A stretch of 64,000 bases of DNA from an uncultured Planctomycetales bacterium (GTDB lineage: Bacteria; Planctomycetota; Planctomycetia; Pirellulales; Pirellulaceae). A program made the position numbers and the translations under genes. The stretch spans positions 14,373 through 78,372 of the forward strand of contig CAWGYT010000010.1 in the NCBI GenBank assembly GCA_963826795.1, in the 5' to 3' direction. Positions 42,826-54,394 of this stretch are shown here, one piece after another. The notes below the pieces were generated by a model, which saw only the letters and a list, made by a program, of their open reading frames with translations, made no database searches and was not told the DNA's origin. Position 1 is the stretch's first letter, and each line of letters begins with the position of its first letter.

Positions 42826-45030
42826 TCAATCGATAAACAGGAACTCCGGAGTATTCAAGACGGCCCAGATCAAATCTTCCACGGCCCGCCGACGCGGGTC
42901 GCTCGCGGAGAGCACCGCCAACGCCTTGGCTGCCTCGTCGCTCGTCGGATATCGGCAGTAGGCCCGCAGAAAAATCTCCTCCACAATCGCCTCGTTTGTC
43001 ATCTCGCTGCTGGCCAGTTTCGCCGGCAGCGCAGAATCGAGCGACAGCTTGTGGTTCAGATCCGGTGAGTTCATCAAGTGCAAGACCTGGGGAGTGGTCG
43101 AGTCCGAGGTCCGCTCGCAAGGTGGATCCTGATTTGGGTCCGGCCGACCAAAGGTATCCAAAAAAAGCGAGTCGGCTCGATGCGTCCAGAGTTGCGTGGC
43201 GCGGGAACCCGGAGGCATTGCTGCAAACTCTTCCTCCTCACCCAAGACGTCATGCACCGCGTCGAAGAGCACCTCGGCGCGGAGCCGCTGGCGATAGTAG
43301 CGCGAAAAGTTTCTCAGGTCCGAAACGTTCCGCTCGCCCGGCACCGAACTCAAACCGAACACGTGGGAATTCATCACCGTGCGGATCAGGTGCTTGATGT
43401 CGTAGCCATGATCGCGAAACTCGTCGGCCAGGTATTCAAGCAGGGGTTCGTTGGAGGCCGGATTCGTGGCCCGAAGATCGTCCACCGGCTCGACGATTCC
43501 CTGCCCCATGATCTCGGCCCACACGCGGTTGGCCATCACCTTGGCAAAATACGGATTGGCGGGGTCCGTCATCCAGTCGACCAACGCTTCACGCGGATCG
43601 TCATCGGGACCGAACGCAAGGTCCGAGCCCGTGAGCGTCTTCGGCGCCACGCTCGCGCCGGTCCGACCATGTGCCAGTTGGCCACCTTGCGCCGCAAAGA
43701 TCAGTTCCTCGCCACCCGAGATGGGAGGCGACAATCCGCCGTGATGCCCCACGCGCGAAAAGAACGCCGCGAATCCGTAGAAGTCATCCTGACTCCAAAC
43801 CTCGAACGGGTGATGATGGCACTTGGCGCACTCCAGGCGAACGCCCAGGAACAGTTGGCTTACCGACGCGCCAATCTCGACGACGTCCGGGCGGTCTCGA
43901 AAGACAACCGTCGCGCCGTTTTGCCAGGTGCTGCCGCGGGCCGTGAGCAGCTCCCGCACGAACTGGTCGTACGGGCGATTCTCGCGAAACGCGTCCCGTA
44001 GCCAGGAATCGAGCATCCACACGGCTTTCATTCCCACACGATAGGGATTCGGACGCAGCAGGTCCGCCCACTTATTCGCCCAGAAATCAACGTACTCGGG
44101 CCGTTCCAGCAGGTAATCCACCAACCGTTGCCGCTTGTCGGTACTTGAATCAGCCAGAAAGCGGCGAGTCTCGTCCGGGCGTGGGCAATCGGCCGATCGC
44201 GCAGGAAAGCGCGACGGTGGAACGTGGCGTCGCTCGCCGGCTGGGAGGGCAACATTCCGAGCAACTGCAACTTGTCCCAGACCAACTCATCAAGCTTGTG
44301 GTCCCGCGGCAAACGGGCATAGATCTCGTTGGGAACCGTGCCCGGAAGCGGAATCGTGACTCCACACACCGCAATCTGATTCATGTAGCGAATCATGATC
44401 GCCGCTTCGCCCGGTACGGGACCGGCCAGCACGACGCCCTCGGGACTGACCGCCGCAATCGTCTTGTCATTCGATTGGAAGGCGCTCGCATCGGTGACAT
44501 CTCGCAGGCTGCCATCGGTGTATTCCGCGATCACGCGGATCGAAAACGCTTCCTGCGGCGCGAGACTGCGGTTGGCCGGCTCGACCCGCACGCCCGCCAA
44601 GCGAGGAGCATCGGCGGGCGTGCGTGGCGACCCGGCTTGAATCCATTCCGCCAGCAACTGATAGGCGGGGCTCGCCACATCGAATCGAACACCGCCTCCG
44701 TGCGGAAGCTGCCCCGTCGCCTTGCGCAGCAAAAGGCTGGCCTCCGGCGCCGCCGGCAGCACACGTCGCCCGCGCCCCTCGCGAGTCAGCGCGTCGAAAT
44801 CGACCTCCGGGTCGAAACCTAACAGGGACAGCGCAAACCCGTTTTGCCCTCGCGACTTGCCATGGCAGGGGCCCGAGTTGCAGCCGAAGCGGGTCAGCAG
44901 CGGCTGAATGTCATTCTCAAACGTCACCTCAGCCTGAGCCTGCGCCCGTCGGCCCGTCGGCCGCCAGCGCCACGGACACGGCCGCTTCCACGGCCCACAG
45001 TAACCCGGCAATCGACCCCAGCCGCACCAT
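42826..45030 (-). pseudogene. PSCyt1-Big2-DUF1549-DUF1553 protein; two frame changes, near 44975 and 44030-44125
   Basis: The signal peptide MVRLGSIAGLLWAVEAAVSVALA and the PSCyt1 box FENDIQPLLTRFGCNSGPCHG are in different frames. ORF 44028..45011 carries PSCyt1, Big_2 and the start of DUF1549. ORF 42826..44124 continues DUF1549 (LECAKCHHHPFE) and DUF1553. Confidence 0.6.
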
Positions 45031-45242
45031 CGTGAGCGACACCGGGCGCAATATCACTGCGGCTCGATTAAGCATGCGATCAGCACCTCATACGAGGCAA
45101 AACGGCGGGGCAGGCGACATCAGGCGGGCAAATTCAAGGGAGGGCAATCCAAGGGAGGCCAGGTCTTCGGGAGGGCGAGGCTACTGCCGAGCCGCCATCA
45201 TCCCCCCCGGCTAATCTGTTATGGCAGAAGCCACCGAGAAAA

Positions 45243-48200
45243 TCAACTCGCCGCCCGTCGCCGCCCTCGTCCCCGGCCTCGTCCGCCGGCTGCCCGAATG
45301 AAGGGAGCAAGTCGAAATTCGCATCCCCAAAAATCGAATCGACGGTTGCATCGAGCGTTCCCCATCGACGAGCGTTCTGGTGACGCGACTTGGCGTCGAG
45401 ACCGTCCCGCGCCGAGCGTCGCGTCGGCGTCACCGGGAGAACCGCGCCAGGGATGACGGGCTCGGAAATGGACGATCGCCGCCGCCGCGTCGCTGGCCAG
45501 CTGCTGGGCCGGTACTGAAGTGACATACCCGCCTGCCTGAAACGCCAACACGAGATCCGAGCTACCGAAATCGCCATCGCAGTCCCAATCCCCTTCGGAC
45601 CAGGACGAGTTTCCGGCAACCAAATCCTCATACTCTCCCGCCTGAAAACTCTGAACCAGATCGCCCGAATCGAACACACCGTCCAGGTTGGCGTCTCCGA
45701 ACTGAGTTCCCAGGATCGACTGCACGAGTCGCGCAAGGTCCGTTTGGTCCGACGCCCCATCGCCGGTGAGATCGAAACTCGGATCCCCCGACTGAATCGC
45801 CGCGCACAACTGTTCGACGTCGACGAGATCGACCTGCCCATCCTGGTTGAAGTCTCCGGTCACACGACTGGAGATTTCCAGCACGTCGATCACTTCCCCT
45901 GCCGAACTGAGTAAGGAGACCGTCCCCGTCGAACCAGCCAGCGTCCCGCGATAGTCGCCTTGTACGAGAAGTCCCATGCCGCCGGTGGGAGCGGCTGGCC
46001 GCTGGCGGAATGCCGACGCGTTCGGGGATACAAAAATCCTTCCACTCGCGGGTACAACGGTCCCTGGCTGAAACCGGTACTCGACATCACCGACCAACCG
46101 CCAATCCGAGAGATCAACCGCCGTGTCGCTCGGATTGGTCAGCTCAAGAAACGACTCATCCGGCCGGCCGCTGGCGGAGAGATCCTCGAAAGCACCGAAC
46201 GTCACCGAGGGACGGTCGATCTGGCGATGGGGAATGCCGGCAGCGCTGTCGTCGCCGAAGACACCGGTCACGAGCTCAGGAGAGATCAACATATCCGAAT
46301 TCGTCGGATTGATGTTCATGGCCTGGATGGCCAACAGATTGTCACCCGGACGCAAAGCCTCGAGATAGTCGGAAATCACGATGTTCTCGAATACGACGGC
46401 CTGCGTGTCCAGGTGCCCTTTCGCGCGGGTGTCAAACGAAGGTTCGCCTTCGACATTCCGCCGGGCAACTTCCACCCCGTTCAAATAAGCCACAAAGCCG
46501 TCGTCATACTTCATCCGCAGTGTCAGCTCCTGAATTGCGGCGAGATCCTCAACGACAAAGGGAATCCGCAGCAAAATCGACGTGCAGGCCGCGCACGCAT
46601 CGGAGGGATTGACCTCGGTTCGGATCAGCCCCTGAAAAGCTTCCGGCTCGCGCTCAAATCCAAGTCCCGCGGCGCCCATCGTCCATTGACCGACGTTGGC
46701 AGGCGGTGCAAGATCGGTCCACGTTGGTCCCAATGAATTGTCCGTCGGCACAAAGTACTGGACCGAGTCGACGAACTCAGGCACAAGCGTCTCGATCTGA
46801 TCGTAATTCGTGCGCCGGTCGATGCTCTGCGTAACGTAGAGGTTTTCGCGATGCGGAGGAAAAAAGCTCTTCAGCGTCAATACTTCGGCGGCCACTTCGG
46901 GTCCCAGCAGGTCGGCGGCGGACGCGGCCAATTGATCGATGCGAGTTTCGTAGCGAAGCGAGTCACTTGCCGGATCGGATGGCTGAAGCAGGTCGTCCAT
47001 GACGCTTCGCAAGCGGCGAAGATACATTTCACGCGTGGTCGGATCTTCAAAGATTGCTCGATAGAGCTGATTACCGCCCTGTCCCAGGTAAGGGTGCGTC
47101 ATGAACAGGCGATTCGTCACGGCCTCGGTGGGCTCGCCGAAGCTGCGATCCTTGTCCCAGGGAAAAATCGACCACTCTCCGTTGCCGGTCGTGTCACGAT
47201 ACAGATAGAAGTTCTTGGCGGTATCATCCGCCTCGGCGATTACCGTCCGGACCGCCAAGTAATTGATGATTTGCGGCAGGTTCAAGTTATCAAAAACAAA
47301 CGCCCGCCGGTCTTCGGGCGTGGGCAGATTCAGGGCGTCGATCAATTGCTGAAGATCGGATAAATCCTCAAACTGTCGTGTCTTCTTTTCGACTCCGGTC
47401 AGCAAATCCCCCAGAGCAGGGCCCGAGCTCACGTTGTTTTCGCGCTGAACAAATTTATAAAGTGCCCCTGCAGGATCCAGACCGTGACGCTCGAGAAAGC
47501 CCTCGTCGACTTGCTCAATGAAGATTCCCACCCGATCAAAGCGGCCGTTGACTCGCATTTGCATCAGGAACGAATCCGACGCGGCCGCACCGGCCCACGC
47601 GTACGATTCGAAGGCGAGCGTCTGGCGCAGGAACGAGCCATCGTCTCCTTGCGCGTTGAGATTGATCTCGGGCACACGACCCAACGTCGGGTTCACGTAA
47701 AACGGCTGGGAGTCATTGAATTCAAACTTCTGAGAGTCGGCGTTGGTGAAGGCGCCGCGCTGCCGGGCGAGAACGTTGTCGTAGAATTGGCCATCAAAAT
47801 AGACCGATGCCCGCGCCCCTGAGGGGCTGTGAGCCCCCGCCAGGTTACTTGTGAACCAGGAGAAGAGGGGCAGCTGGCCGACTGCTGACGGGTCTTCAAT
47901 CACCGTTCCCGCGTATTCGGGGGATTGATCGTCTCCGGTCGTATCCAAGATCCGCGGCCAGCGAGTCGCGCTGCCCGCGTCATCCCGCGCCAGGACCGAG
48001 TACCTGAGCATCTCGCCCGGTGCGGCCGCTCCCGCGGGAATCGTCGCGGTGTAAATGCGATCTCCCGCCAGGACGTCCGCCCCCAAGCCGTCGTCGAACA
48101 TCTCGATCGCGACCTCATCTCGATACATCACGCGGTAGGTCGCCGAAACGCTCGCCACCGCGCCCAGCCTCGGAAGCACCTCGGCCGTCACGATCAGATC

Positions 48201-48818
48201 GTCGACCGACGACACGACGCGTGGGCTGTGGTCGACCGCGTCGATTTGAGGGCCAAGCGAGTGGGTTGGCGGATTGGCCGCTCCTGGCGTCGGCTGGTCG
48301 AAATAGCCAAACTCCTGGCTCAATGGATCGCCGAATTCATCCATCGGGATCCCGTACGAGACATCCGTCAACTGTTCGGGAAACGTCGCAAGTTGCGTGG
48401 CCAGTGACGTGCCATCAGGCCGAACCAACGCCAGGAACTCGCCATCCTTCGAGATCTTGAAATTCGTATGCAAGGCCCCCGTGTCATCGACAACATCGCG
48501 GCCGGACGCGAACACCACGAGAAACTGCCCCGCCTCGATCGTGACACTTGGAAACGACCACTTCGTCAAGTTCCGCGAATCGTCCGTGAGATGCCAGCCC
48601 TGCAGGTCGACGGCGGCACCGCTTGAGTTGTGGATCTCGATCCAATCGGAGGACTCTCCGAAACCGTCATCCAGCGTTCCACGATTGCTGGCCATGAACT
48701 CGGTGATCGCGACGTCCGCAGCCAGCAACTCGCGCCGCTCAAGCCGCTCGAGACGGAGTCGCCACGAATCGGACGACGAGCTCACATGCGAAACGAACCC
48801 TCTACGTGCCCATAGCAT
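45243..48818 (-). CDS. secreted LTD-CotH-LTD protein with C-terminal dockerin-like repeats
   Basis: The N-terminus carries LRLERLERRELLAADV. Lamin-tail domains (ITEFMASN...DWIEIHNSSGAAVDLQGWHLTDD, and later FLELTNPSDTAVDLSDWRLVGD). The central region has CotH-like blocks (YLRQTLAFESYAWAG..., FYLYRDTTGNGEWSIFPWDKDRSFG). Dockerin-like repeats GDFNQDGQVDLVDVEQL, GDANLDGVFDSGDLVQSF and GDWDCDGDFGSSDLVLAF. Confidence 0.7.
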   Translation of the reverse strand: MLWARRGFVSHVSSSSDSWRLRLERLERRELLAADVAITEFMASNRGTLDDGFGESSDWIEIHNSSGAAVDLQGWHLTDDSRNLTKWSFPSVTIEAGQFLVVFASGRDVVDDTGALHTNFKISKDGEFLALVRPDGTSLATQLATFPEQLTDVSYGIPMDEFGDPLSQEFGYFDQPTPGAANPPTHSLGPQIDAVDHSPRVVSSVDDLIVTAEVLPRLGAVASVSATYRVMYRDEVAIEMFDDGLGADVLAGDRIYTATIPAGAAAPGEMLRYSVLARDDAGSATRWPRILDTTGDDQSPEYAGTVIEDPSAVGQLPLFSWFTSNLAGAHSPSGARASVYFDGQFYDNVLARQRGAFTNADSQKFEFNDSQPFYVNPTLGRVPEINLNAQGDDGSFLRQTLAFESYAWAGAAASDSFLMQMRVNGRFDRVGIFIEQVDEGFLERHGLDPAGALYKFVQRENNVSSGPALGDLLTGVEKKTRQFEDLSDLQQLIDALNLPTPEDRRAFVFDNLNLPQIINYLAVRTVIAEADDTAKNFYLYRDTTGNGEWSIFPWDKDRSFGEPTEAVTNRLFMTHPYLGQGGNQLYRAIFEDPTTREMYLRRLRSVMDDLLQPSDPASDSLRYETRIDQLAASAADLLGPEVAAEVLTLKSFFPPHRENLYVTQSIDRRTNYDQIETLVPEFVDSVQYFVPTDNSLGPTWTDLAPPANVGQWTMGAAGLGFEREPEAFQGLIRTEVNPSDACAACTSILLRIPFVVEDLAAIQELTLRMKYDDGFVAYLNGVEVARRNVEGEPSFDTRAKGHLDTQAVVFENIVISDYLEALRPGDNLLAIQAMNINPTNSDMLISPELVTGVFGDDSAAGIPHRQIDRPSVTFGAFEDLSASGRPDESFLELTNPSDTAVDLSDWRLVGDVEYRFQPGTVVPASGRIFVSPNASAFRQRPAAPTGGMGLLVQGDYRGTLAGSTGTVSLLSSAGEVIDVLEISSRVTGDFNQDGQVDLVDVEQLCAAIQSGDPSFDLTGDGASDQTDLARLVQSILGTQFGDANLDGVFDSGDLVQSFQAGEYEDLVAGNSSWSEGDWDCDGDFGSSDLVLAFQAGGYVTSVPAQQLASDAAAAIVHFRARHPWRGSPGDADATLGAGRSRRQVASPERSSMGNARCNRRFDFWGCEFRLAPFIRAAGGRGRGRGRRRAAS

Positions 48819-48872
48819 GAGGTGGCCTTCGTGGGCAAAAACGGAAGCGAGTCGCCAGACGTCGGGATCGGA

Positions 48873-50051
48873 TCAGCGTCGGCGGCGGATCAGCAGCAGT
48901 CCACCCAGCAGCACGGGTGAAAGGGAGATCGGTTCCGGGACGCTGCTGACAGCTGCCAACGGACCCAGCTCGAATCCTCCATCCTGAAATGCGGCCACGA
49001 GATCCGAGGAATCAAAACGAAGGTCGCCGGTCCAATCGCCCTCCGTCCAAACCGCGTCGAGTTCCTGTTCGAACTTGCCCGGCTGAAACACTTCCACAAG
49101 ATCCGACGAAGTGAACTCGCCATCCAGGGTCGCATCGCCAATCCAGGTCTTTTTCAGATCCTTGGCCCAAAAGACGACATCGTCGCCATTGACCAGGTCA
49201 TCGCCGGTCACGTCGTATTGCAGCTTGTTCATTCCGCTGGCCGATTCGGCGACCAGCGCATTGATGTCGGCGGCATCCAGAACGCCGTTGCCATCGAAAT
49301 CTCCGGCAAGCACCACGGCGCCGGACGTCGTCACCAGAATGTTATCGAAAAACCCCGCAACGTTATCCCCGTTTTCAACGGCAAGTTGGCGCAACGCGAT
49401 GGTCACGGACGGTCCCAAATCGGCGAGCGTGAAATCGGGGACCATCGCTTCCCAGGTCGGGACCTCGGGGTCATCCAAATCGTCAAAGGCCTTGATCGTG
49501 GTTCCATCCGCGGTAATCACAAGCACGAAGTCGCGCATCGCATCGCAGGCTGCATCGCAGTGAGGCCAGGGACCGCTTGAAAGGATGTTACCGAAACTGT
49601 CTTCGTAGCCATCGGCCCAGTCGTTCGTGCTTTCGGGGTCCGGTCCCGCATTGTTACTGGCATAGGCCCGAATGAGTTCTCCCGAGCTACCGATCAGTGC
49701 GACTTCCGCCGCCGCAATCGACCCCTCCACGCCTTGATTGATCGGGCGAAGTCGGGCGTTGACGGTCAAATCTGCGATTCCGGCGAGCGAAATCGGCGAG
49801 ATCGTTTCAATCCCGTAGAACTCATCCGCAAATCCGCTGCTGATCATCTGCAGCACCTCGGAGTCGTTGGCGAAAATGACATCCAACGCAACGTCCGGCG
49901 CACCCGCCTCGTGCTCCTGCCAGGTTTCCCCCAGCTCGAAAAATTCGAAGGTGTCCTCCAGCAGAATCTCCTCGGCCACCGTGTGATGACCTCCCCATAT
50001 CATGCCAACTCCGAGGCAGACAGAAAGCATCTGGCGCTGTAATTGGGTCAT
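48873..50051 (-). CDS. PEP-CTERM sorting-domain protein with dockerin-like repeats
   Basis: Signal peptide present. GDFDGNGVLDAADINALV and GDWTGDLRFDSSDLVAAF. C-terminus VPEPISLSPVLLGGLLLIRRRR. Confidence 0.7.
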   Translation of the reverse strand: MTQLQRQMLSVCLGVGMIWGGHHTVAEEILLEDTFEFFELGETWQEHEAGAPDVALDVIFANDSEVLQMISSGFADEFYGIETISPISLAGIADLTVNARLRPINQGVEGSIAAAEVALIGSSGELIRAYASNNAGPDPESTNDWADGYEDSFGNILSSGPWPHCDAACDAMRDFVLVITADGTTIKAFDDLDDPEVPTWEAMVPDFTLADLGPSVTIALRQLAVENGDNVAGFFDNILVTTSGAVVLAGDFDGNGVLDAADINALVAESASGMNKLQYDVTGDDLVNGDDVVFWAKDLKKTWIGDATLDGEFTSSDLVEVFQPGKFEQELDAVWTEGDWTGDLRFDSSDLVAAFQDGGFELGPLAAVSSVPEPISLSPVLLGGLLLIRRRR

Positions 50052-50106
50052 CGTTTCAAACTCCGTAAAGACAATGGAAGAGCGGACGACTACATCACAA
50101 CGGGGT

Positions 50107-50952
50107 TCACTGCCTGCGTTTCCGCAAGGCCGCCCAACCCAACGCGGGAGTGAACAGCAGCACCCAGCTGGTCGGCTCAGGAACGGCCTGGACCGTCACG
50201 CGGTCGATATCGCCGAAGACGTTTTCGGGAAACGAGGTCCCTGACAAAGTGCTGTCGGATCGTTCTTGGAAGAGGGCGATCGTCGCCGTGTCGCCGAAAT
50301 TTTCGAGCGTCAAGCTGGGATTGAAAATGTCAAATGCGGGATCGGCCAACGGCGTCCCGTCGGTCCCCAGCGTCGTGAGACGCGTCCCTTCGGACCCGAT
50401 CTCAAGCACGAAGGTCCGAAAGGCCTCGGCGCCTCCGCTGGGATCGTTCGGCGGAAAATGGAGGAACGCAACGGAGGCCGCGTTCTGGCTGCCTTCGCTG
50501 TCCTGGTAGAAGTCGCCCCAATCCGGTGCCTCCGGACGATTCGCCCCGGCCGAGGCTTGGGCATATGCCCCGGAGCTGCCGATGACGGCGATGCCAACGG
50601 AGGCGTCCGAAGCCCCTCCGTCGCCAGCGCCGGTCTGATTCAGCGGCCGCACCAAGGCTTCGACGCGGAGCGAGGGGACGCCGAGCAGCGAGATGGGGCT
50701 GATCGTTTCAATGCCGACGATCTCGCCCGCGGCACCCGGCGAACTGCCGACACGCAACGAAGCTCCGTCCGCTCCCACGCCCGCGACACCCAGGCTCAGG
50801 TCGGGGGCGGCCCCGCCGAGGGCCTGCCAGACCGTGCCCAACTCAAAACTTGTGAATTCGTCTTCCAGCAAGTACTGCGCACTGAGCGGAGCCGACATGA
50901 TCGTCATCAGCCCAGCAACGCAAACCGCTCGCAATGAGTATCTCCCGCTCAT
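50107..50952 (-). CDS. PEP-CTERM sorting-domain protein (paralogue of 48873..50051)
   Basis: Start MSGRYSLRAVCVAGLMTIMSAPLSA. It shares the N-terminal block LLEDEFTSFELGTVWQ with its neighbour. C-terminus VPEPTSWVLLFTPALGWAALRKRRQ. Confidence 0.7.
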   Translation of the reverse strand: MSGRYSLRAVCVAGLMTIMSAPLSAQYLLEDEFTSFELGTVWQALGGAAPDLSLGVAGVGADGASLRVGSSPGAAGEIVGIETISPISLLGVPSLRVEALVRPLNQTGAGDGGASDASVGIAVIGSSGAYAQASAGANRPEAPDWGDFYQDSEGSQNAASVAFLHFPPNDPSGGAEAFRTFVLEIGSEGTRLTTLGTDGTPLADPAFDIFNPSLTLENFGDTATIALFQERSDSTLSGTSFPENVFGDIDRVTVQAVPEPTSWVLLFTPALGWAALRKRRQ

Positions 50953-51098
50953 GATCCGCTCTCCCCCCAACTCAATCGATGGCAAACTCGGAACGTCGCC
51001 CACGCGCATGAGCATATCGTTTGGCTCGCGCGATTACTAGCGTTTTCGTCCCCGCTCAGCGAATTCCCGATGAGTCGCCGTTGGGCCGGCGAGGCGAC

Positions 51099-51833
51099 TC
51101 AAGATCGCAGGGCGAAATAGATGGCCAGATAGTGGCACCAGCTGCCAATCAGCACGAACAAGTGCCATCCCGTGTGCAGAAAGCGGGCCCGCTCGTCAAA
51201 TATCAGCAGCACGGCGCCGACGGTGTAGGTGACCCCGCCGACCAGAACCAGTGCCACCACGCGCCACGGCGCAGCCGAAAGCAGGGCCGGTAACGCGAGT
51301 GCGGGCAGCCAACCTAGCAACAGGTACAGCCACATTTCGATGCGGTCAACCTGGTGTGCCAGCGCCACTTTGGAAAAGAAGCCAAACCCCGCAATGCCCC
51401 ACATCAGAATCGTCAACACGTGCCACCAGCTGCTCAAATAGATCACGGCCAGCGGCGTGTAGGTTGCGGTGATCAAGACGTAGATCAATCCCTGGTCCCA
51501 ACTTCGGGCCAGACGCCGGGCAGGTGCCGACTGCACCCAATGCGACAGCGTGGAGGCAGCGTAAACGGCGCTCAACGATCCACAATACGCCAGCAGACTG
51601 AGCACCAGCATGCTGGCGCCGTCACCGATGACGGGACGGAGCAGTGGCAGGCTGGCCGCGAGACTCACGACACATCCGAAGCCATGCGTCATGGCGTTGA
51701 GCGTTTCTTCCAAGTCGGTGCGAATGGGACCCACCTCGTGCGCTGACCGCGCATCTCGATTCCCGGGTTCGGCGACTTGGACGAAGGACAGTTGCCGCGT
51801 CACGGCGATACCTCCTGAGAACTCACAGGGCAC
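51099..51833 (-). CDS. hemolysin-III / PAQR-family channel protein (YqfA-like)
   Basis: Seven TM helices. LEETLNAMTHGFG near the N-terminus and HLFVLIGSWCHY near the C-terminus. The true start may be internal (a GTG near VGPIRTD). Confidence 0.65.
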   Translation of the reverse strand: MPCEFSGGIAVTRQLSFVQVAEPGNRDARSAHEVGPIRTDLEETLNAMTHGFGCVVSLAASLPLLRPVIGDGASMLVLSLLAYCGSLSAVYAASTLSHWVQSAPARRLARSWDQGLIYVLITATYTPLAVIYLSSWWHVLTILMWGIAGFGFFSKVALAHQVDRIEMWLYLLLGWLPALALPALLSAAPWRVVALVLVGGVTYTVGAVLLIFDERARFLHTGWHLFVLIGSWCHYLAIYFALRS

Positions 51834-51933
51834 TCAAGAAGTTTCGGCACGTGACAAAAACCCAGTGAATAAAGTTTCTCGACTCGACCCGACAAAATTA
51901 AGCGACACCCGCAGGGCAAGCACTGCAAGCCAG

Positions 51934-53243
<1,310 letters not shown>

Positions 53244-53366
53244 CACATGACTCCTGAGGTGAAGCGGCGAGTCGACCAGTTCAGCGAGTCCGCTTGCGTC
53301 ACTGAAACGACGCAGTCCAACGTCCCCGTCCCAAATCAAAGCAGTCGAAACCAATCCCGTCAAGCG

Positions 53367-54062
53367 TCAGGGATCGAAGGTACGCCAATTCGAGAAATGC
53401 GGCATCATCGTTTCGTGTCCGCGGCTGTCCTTGAGCATCGTCGTCACATCCGCGGAGATCGAGATGCGGGCCTGGTCGGTGGCGTTCGGAGCCGTGAAAT
53501 GGAGTGTCTTGGAGGGGAAAATCACGATGTCGTCCTCCGTCGGCTCGAGGCAAACGGTGTTCCAGGTGGCCACTCCCGGCCGACGGATAAAGCCCAGCTC
53601 GGCCTTCGACGGCGTGAAAATCCCACGTGAAAACTCGTTTGGATGGTGCTCCGTCCGGAAGTGAATGCCCCCGCTGCCCTCGGGCTTGAGCAGATAGTAG
53701 GCCACACTAATGTTCGATTGCTCGTGCGAGTGCTCGCTGATCTTTTCCCCCCGACGCGTGATGGTGGCCCAGGAGCGCTGAAAATAGAACGCGATGTTGT
53801 CGTGGTTCAGTCCCAACTCTTCGGTGTACGTGCGTACCTGCGCGGCGATACGGCGGTACAGCTCCGCGAACGGCGGCAGCTGAAACAGAAATTCGTGACC
53901 CTCGGTATCGCCCAACCACGCGCTATGCGCCGGCTTGTTGACCGGGCGGCTCGCCTGTTCCATCTCGAAGATCAAACGAACCAGCGCGCTACGCTCCGCC
54001 AAAGACATTCCCAGCTGGTCGCGGTAGATCGAGAGGGGAAACACTTGGATCAACTTGGCCAT
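53367..54062 (-). CDS. TIGR02466-family 2OG-Fe(II) oxygenase-like protein
   Basis: The start MAKLIQVFPL is preceded by a ggagg RBS. Sequence similarity recalled from memory. Conserved His/Asp positions present (EHSHEQ, HFRTEHHPNE). Confidence 0.45.
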   Translation of the reverse strand: MAKLIQVFPLSIYRDQLGMSLAERSALVRLIFEMEQASRPVNKPAHSAWLGDTEGHEFLFQLPPFAELYRRIAAQVRTYTEELGLNHDNIAFYFQRSWATITRRGEKISEHSHEQSNISVAYYLLKPEGSGGIHFRTEHHPNEFSRGIFTPSKAELGFIRRPGVATWNTVCLEPTEDDIVIFPSKTLHFTAPNATDQARISISADVTTMLKDSRGHETMMPHFSNWRTFDP

Positions 54063-54394
54063 CGAACGGGCCTCCGATTTCCTCCGTTGGGATTCACGGC
54101 CCAACGCGGGGCAGAACGCGAGACGAGACGTCAGTATAGCCCAACCCCGCGGGTTGTTTCGACCTGCAGCTCAGCTCGCCGTAGCGCTGCTTGCCAATGT
54201 CAACTGAGGCGTGACTTCCGGGCGCGCGATGGATGTTTGCGACCACCCTGAGCTCGGAGAATTCGGCGGGCCGTTTCCGTCGGCACAGGCCAAGATCTGT
54301 TATTCTCTGACGAATCAACAGGCAACCTGAGTTGACTTGCCCGAGCTGTTTCAACGTGCCCGAATCGATTCCTCTCGCACGAAAGGATGGGACC

